The position numbers and the translations under genes are program-made. A stretch of DNA of 64,000 nt, from positions 128,001 through 192,000 of the forward strand of contig JBEKDT010000002.1 of assembly GCA_050014195.1 (NCBI GenBank), given 5' to 3'. Source of the stretch: Desulfomonilia bacterium (GTDB lineage: Bacteria; Desulfobacterota; Desulfomonilia; UBA1062). Numbering within the stretch: the first letter of the stretch is position 1; the number at the start of each line of letters is the position of its first letter. Positions 58,001 to 64,000 of this stretch are shown here, in pieces. The notes beneath the pieces were generated by a model that saw only the letters and a list, made by a program, of their open reading frames with translations, was not told the DNA's origin and made no database searches.

Positions 58001-60033
58001 AGACGGCAAACAAAGCCAAAAGCGAGTTTCTGGCCAACATGAGCCATGAGATCCGCACCCCGATGAACGGCATCCTCGGTATGAGTGAACTCCTGCTGGG
58101 AACCGACCTTAATGCCAAGCAGGTCCAGTATGCCGATATCATCAGGAAAAGCGGTGATGCACTCATTAACCTCATCAACGATATCCTGGACTTCTCAAAA
58201 ATTGAGGCTGACAAGCTCGACCTTGAAGTCATTGACTTTGACCTGCGTGTGACAATTGAGGACCTGGCCGATTTGCTGTCAGTCCGCGCTGCTGAGAAAG
58301 ACATAGAGCTCTCCTGTCTCATCGAGCCCGAAGTGCCGACCCGCCTGCGCGGTGACCCCGGCAGGCTTCGCCAGATCATCATGAACCTCTCGGGGAATGC
58401 ATTGAAGTTTACCGACCAGGGTGAAGTGGCAATAATGGTTGGCCTGATCGAAGAAAGAGATGAATCCGTATCACTCAAATTTTCCATTTCCGATACCGGT
58501 ATCGGCATCCCTTCCGACAAGATCCCCATTCTATTCAGCGCCTTTACCCAGGTGGATACGTCGACCACGCGCAAGTACGGCGGGACAGGCCTCGGTCTTG
58601 CCATTTCCAAACGGCTCGTTGAGATGATGGGCGGCACAATTTCAGTTGAGAGCACTGCGGGGCTGGGCGCTACCTTCACCTTCACGGCAATGTTCATGAA
58701 GCAGCCGTGGGTAGCCCCGGCGTGGCCGAAAATGCTTGAGGGGATATCAGGCCAGCATGTACTCATTGTTGACGACAATGCCACCAACAGGGCTGTCCTG
58801 TCACTCCTCTGCGACACCTGGGGTGTGCGTTATGAAGAGGCATCGGGTGGAGAGGAAGCCCTTATACTGCTCAAAGGGGCCCATCAAAAGGGCGATCCAT
58901 TCCGTGTGGCTATCTTAGATGCCATCCTGAAGGGCATGAGCGGGGAAGAACTCGGCCGCAACATAAGGAAAGACCCGCTCATCAAGGACACGTCTCTCGT
59001 AATGCTCTCTTCTCTTGCCCAAAGAGGCGAGGCATCAAGATTGAAAGAAGCCGGATTCGATGCCTATCTCACCAAGCCGGTTAAACAATCACAACTATTT
59101 GACTGCCTAACAACGGTCCTGGGCATACAGAATGAAAGCGTGCAACAAGGCAGCCCCTGGCCGCTCGTAACACGCCATAGTATAAGCGAGGAAAAACGCC
59201 GGAGGGTGCGCATACTCCTGGTGGAGGATAACCATACGAACCAGCTGGTGGCCATGGGCATCCTGGAGAACCTGGGATATCAAACGTCTGTCGCTCACAA
59301 TGGGATTGAGGCCATAAAGGCCCTGGAAACCTCGCACTATGACCTTGTTTTCATGGACTGCCAGATGCCCGGCATGGATGGCTTCGAGACGACCTCCATC
59401 ATCCGCGATTCTCATTCCGGTGTTATGAACCACTCTGTCCCCATTATTGCCATGACTGCGCATGCCATGAAAGGCGATCGCGAAAAGTGCCTGGCAGCCG
59501 GTATGGATGATTACCTCTCAAAACCCATCCGTTCCTCAGACATCGCCGATATGCTCAAGAAATGGCTGGGCAGTCTTGACGCAAAATCATCAGACAGGGA
59601 GCAGAAAAATCTTGTTCTTCCTGTTCCAGGCAGGCCTTCGCCTGTGATAGAACTTGAGTCTGCCCTCAATGCAGAGCCTGTCTTTGATACTGCAGATCTC
59701 CTAGACAGGTTTGATGGTGATGAAGAACTGGTGCGAACAGTACTCAGCGCCTTCTTCCAAGACATTCCGAACACTGTCTCTCAATTAAGAGTTGCGCTTG
59801 AGAAGGCGGATACTCCTGGAATAGGGCTGCATGCGCATACCATCAAGGGAGCATCGGGTAATGCAGGGGGGGTGGCAATGCAAGAAATTGCATTCAAGAT
59901 CGAGACGGCAGGCAAGGCTGGTGACATGGGGGCTGCCGCCATTTTGATGCCGGAGCTTCTTCGTCAATTTGATCTTTTCAAGATTGCTGCCGAAAAGAGC
60001 GGATGGATTGGAAAGGAAGAACAACGCCAATGA
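55054..60033 (+). CDS. Hybrid sensor kinase (multi-TM, Cache-like, 4 PAS, HisKA, HATPase, 2 REC, HPt)
   Basis: FLANMSHEIRTPMNG, GGTGLGL, two REC domains and AHTIKGASGN HPt. Confidence 0.95.
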   Translation: MIYSFLTHQIDYLAFITAFSLMTTGIVFLFLSIEHKGRLPWIWPAMFGLLQSIYCLLTMLSLSLPDTIVLQAAQPVIYILSFLALAEFSRRSMRIQAGHNPGILIYIALLIPVMVSGIFSLSCFEAACYLAFALPSGFLAALILWKERSTGLETPAGKRLGLASICLLTYTLIIIIIGSDTGFSFVTLFIPDAYNGILTFILHLGLAISSFVMFIAFTLFFSSLSENSEQTEKHLPVTKWFVWAIGFVLVAGWLFTEWTGTLEDNTQRKIILTQARIASKAIDIPALLTLTGSSEDLAIPGYIHIKSHLMGIHSANPLYRFVYLMGRKGKKVFFYADSELPDSKDYSPPGQPYEESKDEFLQTFDPGNEITEGPLSDEWGTWISTSIPVKDPQSGKVLAVLGIDVNASTWMRKIYAARRQPILATMIITLLVLAFAIDRRRSRLYHLKVVQSEQRLRYAMDAMSEGVWDWDIRTGKIDYNKHWVATLGYSFEEIPLLGDIRKSIIHPDDLPVVTESLEAYLLGRTPIYECEARLKTATGEYRYILDRGKVVEKDAEGAPIRMVGTFTDITLRKKIEQDRRRSEEQYRQLVENASDVIVETDASGYIQFINPACERLIGYTTDECVGKHYLDFIRSDFHKEFARATGRQFVKKTPSIYFEAALIRKDGGEVWIGQNIKLLRDGDTPLGFHAVARDITEIRRAEDALRKSEEQYRQLVENASDIIYETDASGYFRYLNPAAEKNCGYSINEFIGKHYMDFIPKRYHNELARLVGRQFVKKIPTISHEIPMITKDGREVWLWQSVSLIFDNDTDTVTGFRVVARDITEKKQAEDALKESEERLHAVFDHVQAGIILIDPATHTIISTNKMAADLCGTTPEQMTGRICHDQICPAVKGECPITDLEQTVDNDERTLLTLDGRRIPILKTVINVSIGGKAYLLESFIDITARKRAEEALLQSKEELEKTNKLLEQANLLGIEMTIKAETANKAKSEFLANMSHEIRTPMNGILGMSELLLGTDLNAKQVQYADIIRKSGDALINLINDILDFSKIEADKLDLEVIDFDLRVTIEDLADLLSVRAAEKDIELSCLIEPEVPTRLRGDPGRLRQIIMNLSGNALKFTDQGEVAIMVGLIEERDESVSLKFSISDTGIGIPSDKIPILFSAFTQVDTSTTRKYGGTGLGLAISKRLVEMMGGTISVESTAGLGATFTFTAMFMKQPWVAPAWPKMLEGISGQHVLIVDDNATNRAVLSLLCDTWGVRYEEASGGEEALILLKGAHQKGDPFRVAILDAILKGMSGEELGRNIRKDPLIKDTSLVMLSSLAQRGEASRLKEAGFDAYLTKPVKQSQLFDCLTTVLGIQNESVQQGSPWPLVTRHSISEEKRRRVRILLVEDNHTNQLVAMGILENLGYQTSVAHNGIEAIKALETSHYDLVFMDCQMPGMDGFETTSIIRDSHSGVMNHSVPIIAMTAHAMKGDREKCLAAGMDDYLSKPIRSSDIADMLKKWLGSLDAKSSDREQKNLVLPVPGRPSPVIELESALNAEPVFDTADLLDRFDGDEELVRTVLSAFFQDIPNTVSQLRVALEKADTPGIGLHAHTIKGASGNAGGVAMQEIAFKIETAGKAGDMGAAAILMPELLRQFDLFKIAAEKSGWIGKEEQRQ

Positions 60034-60437
60034 AAGCACTCATTGTTGAAGATGAATTGACGAGCAGGATCATCCTGCAAAAGATCTTATCGCCCTATGG
60101 AGAAGTGCACCTGTGCCTGGATGGTAACGAGGCGATCGATGCCTTCAGCTCCGCCATCGATCAGGGCGCGCCATTCGACCTGATCTGCATGGACTTCATA
60201 ATGCCTAAATTAGATGGACACACCGCGTTAACCCGTATAAGGGAAATCGAGAAAGAAAAAGGCGGCTATCTTGGGAAAAGGGTGATGGTCATCATGACCA
60301 CGGGGTTAAGCAATATTGAAACAGAGTATGCCGACATTACGGCAATGTGTGAAGCTATCCTCCATAAACCGATCCGAAAGTACTTACTTATCGAGACCAT
60401 TGAGAAGCTCGGTTTTTCACAAAACAGCAACAGTTGA
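60030..60437 (+). CDS. Single-domain response regulator (CheY-like)
   Basis: LIVED, DLICMD..MP.LDG and KP; ATGA overlap with the kinase stop. Confidence 0.9.
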   Translation: MKALIVEDELTSRIILQKILSPYGEVHLCLDGNEAIDAFSSAIDQGAPFDLICMDFIMPKLDGHTALTRIREIEKEKGGYLGKRVMVIMTTGLSNIETEYADITAMCEAILHKPIRKYLLIETIEKLGFSQNSNS

Positions 60438-60471
60438 ACCCGATTGATTGCACGTGTACAATCATGAGGTC

Positions 60472-61461
60472 ATGAATCATATCCTCATCCCTGTCGGGCA
60501 TCATCCGGGTAGACATTGCGCCAGCACTGCGATCTGCAACATGGTCAATTTTCACGGCATCGGCTTCAGCGAGGCCATGTGCTTCGGAATAGGCGCGGGG
60601 CTTGGGATCTGGTACCTGAGCTACCCGGGTATACAGCCCAGCAGGATGATCCACGTACGCTCGGCAGACATCGAGGCCCAGTTCTTCAACCGGATGGGCA
60701 TCCCCTTTTCCTGGCAGCAATACAAAGACCCCCTTCAGGCTGAAAAGGCACTGTGCAGGAGCCTGGATAACGGCCTGCCATCCATCGTTCAGACCGACAT
60801 CTACCATCTCCCCTACTATAACTCCAGCACACACTTTCCGGGCCATGACATCACGATATGGGGATATGACTCATCCGGAGGTGAATTCCTCATCACGGAT
60901 ACTGAACGTGAGGTGCTCCTGTCAGTCCCATTTGAAAACATGCGCAAGGCGCTTTATGCAAAGGGCGGATTTTTCACCATGGAGGGTAATCAGTTTGCCC
61001 CGGAAAGACTGATCATGCCTTCAGACATGCCGGATGTGATCCGCAGGGCCGTTGCCCATAACAGCCGCGTGATCCTCTCGGATGGCTATGACTTCCAAGG
61101 CATTATAGGCCTTGGAAAATGGATGAGAGAACTTGTTGACTGGCCGCAGTATCCCGACCGGCAGTGGACGGCCCGCTTTGCCTACCAAGTCATTGAGCGG
61201 CGCGGCACCGGCGGTGGGGGCTTTCGCCTCATGTATGCGGACTTTCTCCAGGAAGCCCACGCCTATGTTCCTGAGATCTCATCCCGGGGCCTTTCCATGA
61301 ACATGCGCGAGATAGGCCATGCCTGGACCGAGCTGGCTCTCAGTCTCAAGCATGTATCCGAACAGACCATGCCCGATTTCAGCGCCGTTCTCGAACAGCT
61401 GAAGAAGGTCCGTAAGCTGGAAGCTGCGTATCACCGTGAGGCAATTGAGCTGAGTGAATAG
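60472..61461 (+). CDS. BtrH N-terminal / DUF4872 protein (papain-like fold)
   Basis: GRHC, SEAMCFGIGAGL, DIYHLPY, HFPGH and GTGGGGFRLMYADFL. Confidence 0.8.
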   Translation: MNHILIPVGHHPGRHCASTAICNMVNFHGIGFSEAMCFGIGAGLGIWYLSYPGIQPSRMIHVRSADIEAQFFNRMGIPFSWQQYKDPLQAEKALCRSLDNGLPSIVQTDIYHLPYYNSSTHFPGHDITIWGYDSSGGEFLITDTEREVLLSVPFENMRKALYAKGGFFTMEGNQFAPERLIMPSDMPDVIRRAVAHNSRVILSDGYDFQGIIGLGKWMRELVDWPQYPDRQWTARFAYQVIERRGTGGGGFRLMYADFLQEAHAYVPEISSRGLSMNMREIGHAWTELALSLKHVSEQTMPDFSAVLEQLKKVRKLEAAYHREAIELSE

Positions 61462-61569
61462 TGACTAGTGAATAGGTAGGGAAGATTCATTGGTGCCGCT
61501 AGAGCGCGACAATGGATATTTTATGGAAAAAGGTTTTAATTCGTGTATACCGACTCCTGAATCCTGCTT

Positions 61570-61634
61570 AAAAAAAAGGGACGTTTCCCTTCTCTGAGCG
61601 GATCGTATCCTGCTCAGCGAAGATGAAACGCCCT
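61570..61634 (-). terminator. Long hairpin terminator after the HU gene
   Basis: Nested stems GGG-CGTTTC/GAAACG-CCC, CTTC/GAAG, CTGAGC/GCTCAG and GGAT/ATCC, then T8 on the minus strand. Confidence 0.75.
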
Positions 61635-61654
61635 CTTCTTACTGGCTTATTGAG

Positions 61655-61936
61655 TTACCTGCCCTTGTTGACTGTTTCCTTCAGGGCCTTGCCTGCCTTG
61701 AAACGAGGAACCTTACTTGCCTTGATCTTGATCTTCTTCTGTGTGCGCGGGTTGATCCCTTCGCGTGCCGCCCTCTTGGCAACCTCGAATGTACCGAATC
61801 CCACCAAGGTAACCTTCTCGCCCTTCTTCAGAGCGGCCTTGATAGCGTCGAGAATGGCATCCACCACTGTTGCCGATGCTACCTTTGACTTGCCTGTCTT
61901 CTTTGCAATTGCATCAACCAATTCCGACTTCGTCAT
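61655..61936 (-). CDS. hup: DNA-binding protein HU
   Basis: MTKSELV, GFGTF, REGINPRT and PRFKAGKALK. Confidence 0.96.
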   Translation of the reverse strand: MTKSELVDAIAKKTGKSKVASATVVDAILDAIKAALKKGEKVTLVGFGTFEVAKRAAREGINPRTQKKIKIKASKVPRFKAGKALKETVNKGR

Positions 61937-62013
61937 ACTTCATCCCCCTCTAAAATAAGTATTTTCCTGCTTCCATGACCGGGTACCGGCCTGAAAGCAA
62001 GTGTTTATCCCTT

Positions 62014-62041
62014 TCTTCGGCAACAAGGTTCTGAAACATTA
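62014..62041 (-). promoter_or_regulatory. sigma28-like promoter upstream of hup
   Basis: TAATG-N15-GCCGAAGA. Confidence 0.4.
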
Positions 62042-62086
62042 ATTTCTTTCATAAGTTATCATCATGACCTTTGCCCAATAGCCTAA

Positions 62087-62161
62087 GTCATTGCAAGGAT
62101 GCATCGAGGAAGAATGCCTGCGAAGCAATCAGAGGGATTGCTTCCCTACGCTCGCAATGAC
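62087..62161. repeat. GTCATTGC..GAAGCAATC..GATTGCTTC..GCAATGAC palindromic element (RPE/REP-like)
   Basis: Terminal inverted repeat GTCATTGC/GCAATGAC and inner GAAGCAATC/GATTGCTTC. Confidence 0.75.
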
Positions 62162-62184
62162 ATGCACTTACAAATCTTAAGTTA

Positions 62185-63030
62185 CTACCGTTTCAGCTCC
62201 ATATTATCGATGAGTCTAGTGTTCCCTACCCTCACGGCAAGTGCCATAACAGCTTTCGTGTCGATATGGCTCATGCATTCCAGGGTGTCCGGGTGTACGA
62301 TCTCCACATAGTCAATGGCCGCATCGGGAGTAGATGAAATCATGTCCAGGGCCATCTGCCTGATCTTTGAAGCATCGCTCTCGCCCTTCTTCACAAGATC
62401 CTTAGCCATGATCAGCGCCTTGCTGAGCACAAGGGCGTTTAAGCGCTGTTCAGGGCTTAAGTACTTGTTCCGCGAGCTCATGGCCAGGCCGTCTTCTTCC
62501 CGGACTGTGGGATGGGCAATGACCTTCACGCTCATATTGAGGTCATCCACCATGCGCCTGATTACGGTTAGCTGCTGGTAGTCTTTCTCACCAAAGACAG
62601 CGACATTGGGTTCGATGATGTTGAAAAGCTTTGCCACCACGGTGGTCACACCCCTGAAATGGGTAGGCCGGGCGGCCCCACAGAGCCCATTGGTGATACC
62701 CTCTACGTTTACATAGGTGGCATAGCCTTTGGGGTACATCAGGGCTGCATCGGGGAAAAAGATGCATTCAACTCCGACTCCTTCTGAAAGCTGCCTGTCA
62801 CGCTCGAAATCGCGGGGATACTTGGCAAGGTCTTCCGTGGGCCCGAACTGGGTGGGATTTACAAAGATGCTGATGACAAGATGGTCGGCCAGGGTCTTGC
62901 CCACACGCATGAGGTCAAGGTGGCCCTTGTGCAGGTAGCCCATGGTGGGCACGAGGCAGATGGTCTCTCCACGCTGCTTGACGGCCTTCACATAGGCCTT
63001 CATGTCGTGGATCGTGGTGATGACTTCCAT
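62185..63030 (-). CDS. panC: Pantoate--beta-alanine ligase
   Basis: PTMGYLHKGH, FVNPTQF, FGEKDYQQ, GLAMSSRN and RLIDN; ATG at 63030. Confidence 0.97.
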   Translation of the reverse strand: MEVITTIHDMKAYVKAVKQRGETICLVPTMGYLHKGHLDLMRVGKTLADHLVISIFVNPTQFGPTEDLAKYPRDFERDRQLSEGVGVECIFFPDAALMYPKGYATYVNVEGITNGLCGAARPTHFRGVTTVVAKLFNIIEPNVAVFGEKDYQQLTVIRRMVDDLNMSVKVIAHPTVREEDGLAMSSRNKYLSPEQRLNALVLSKALIMAKDLVKKGESDASKIRQMALDMISSTPDAAIDYVEIVHPDTLECMSHIDTKAVMALAVRVGNTRLIDNMELKR

Positions 63031-63043
63031 CACTCCTAATCTC

Positions 63044-63847
63044 CTAGCTCTTGAAACAGTGCTCTTCATCCGGGTAAGCCCTACTCCTCACCTCTTTGGC
63101 ATAGGTGTTCACAGCGTCCTTGATGGTATCAAACAGAAAAGCGTAACGCTTGACGAACTTGGGTTTGAACTCTTTATTCATGCCCAGCAGGTCCTGGATC
63201 ACCAGTACCTGGCCATCGCAATCGGGACCCGCGCCGATGCCGATGGTGGGTATGGAAAGCGCCTCGCTCACCTCCTTGGCCACGGCAGCGGGAACACATT
63301 CGAGTACGAGAGAAAACACCCCTGCATCCTGAAGCAGGAGCGCGTTTTCCTTCAAGAGCTTGGCCGCTTCCTCCCCCCTGCCTTGTACTTTATAGCCGCC
63401 GAAGGCATGGATGGACTGGGGAGTGAGCCCCAGATGGCCCATCACAGGGATATCGGCACGTACAATAGCCTTTACCTGTTCGATGACCCGCTGGGCGCCT
63501 TCGAGCTTCACGGCCTGGGCGCCGGCCTCCTGGAGAAACCGGCCTGCATTGCGCACGGCATCCGGGACACTGGTCTGGTAGGAGAGGAAAGGCATATCTG
63601 CAATCACGAGGGCCTTGGGCTTTACACGGGTTACGCTTACGACGTATTGAAGCATCATTTCCATGGTGACACCGAGCGTGTTGTCAAGGCCTGCCATAAC
63701 ATTGCCTGCAGAATCGCCCACCAGGATGATGTCGATATCGGCTTCGTCAACGATGCGGGTCATTGTCGCATCGTAGGAGGTGACCATGACGATGGGCTGC
63801 TTGCCTTTTTTGTTGAGGATATCCAGAACCGAGACAGACTTCTTCAT
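63044..63847 (-). CDS. panB: 3-methyl-2-oxobutanoate hydroxymethyltransferase
   Basis: LVGDS, ADMPFLSY, AVKLEG, GHLGLTPQ and IGIGAG. Confidence 0.97.
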   Translation of the reverse strand: MKKSVSVLDILNKKGKQPIVMVTSYDATMTRIVDEADIDIILVGDSAGNVMAGLDNTLGVTMEMMLQYVVSVTRVKPKALVIADMPFLSYQTSVPDAVRNAGRFLQEAGAQAVKLEGAQRVIEQVKAIVRADIPVMGHLGLTPQSIHAFGGYKVQGRGEEAAKLLKENALLLQDAGVFSLVLECVPAAVAKEVSEALSIPTIGIGAGPDCDGQVLVIQDLLGMNKEFKPKFVKRYAFLFDTIKDAVNTYAKEVRSRAYPDEEHCFKS

Positions 63848-64000
63848 TCCTCACCTCCCTCGAAACCATTGGTACACTTGATTCTGTAAACGATCAAGGG
63901 AATTTTCAAGAATATGCCATGAAAATGAAACAGAGGCATTTTCTTGAAAGGGCCTGCGAATTGGGCTAAAACACAAATGCTCGCAGGGATAAATATTGAT

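Overview
Core-genome-like bacterial window, probably from an anaerobic Desulfobacterota/deltaproteobacterial lineage (inferred from gene content). It carries tkt-tal-pgi, a bacterioferritin, purMN, leuB, threonine aldolase, metW-metX, HU and panBC. It also has several signalling genes (a ZraS/ZraR-like sigma54 two-component pair, a PAS kinase, a tandem-cNMP protein, a PilZ protein and a 1659-aa hybrid kinase) and an ~12 kb TetR-controlled Atu/Liu-like acyl-CoA carboxylase catabolic cluster. I found no rRNA, tRNA, CRISPR array or transposase. The most striking unannotated element lies in the purM/sensor-kinase intergenic region: a perfect sigma54 promoter with paired enhancer palindromes drives an ORF-less ~147-nt transcript. 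That transcript has two anti-Shine-Dalgarno motifs and its own intrinsic terminator, making it a candidate sRNA output of the adjacent two-component system. Other notable features are four same-spacing sigma28-like promoters (two apparently leaderless), a frameshifted and internally deleted FAD-oxidoreductase pseudogene, paired TetR operators and three families of REP-like palindromes.
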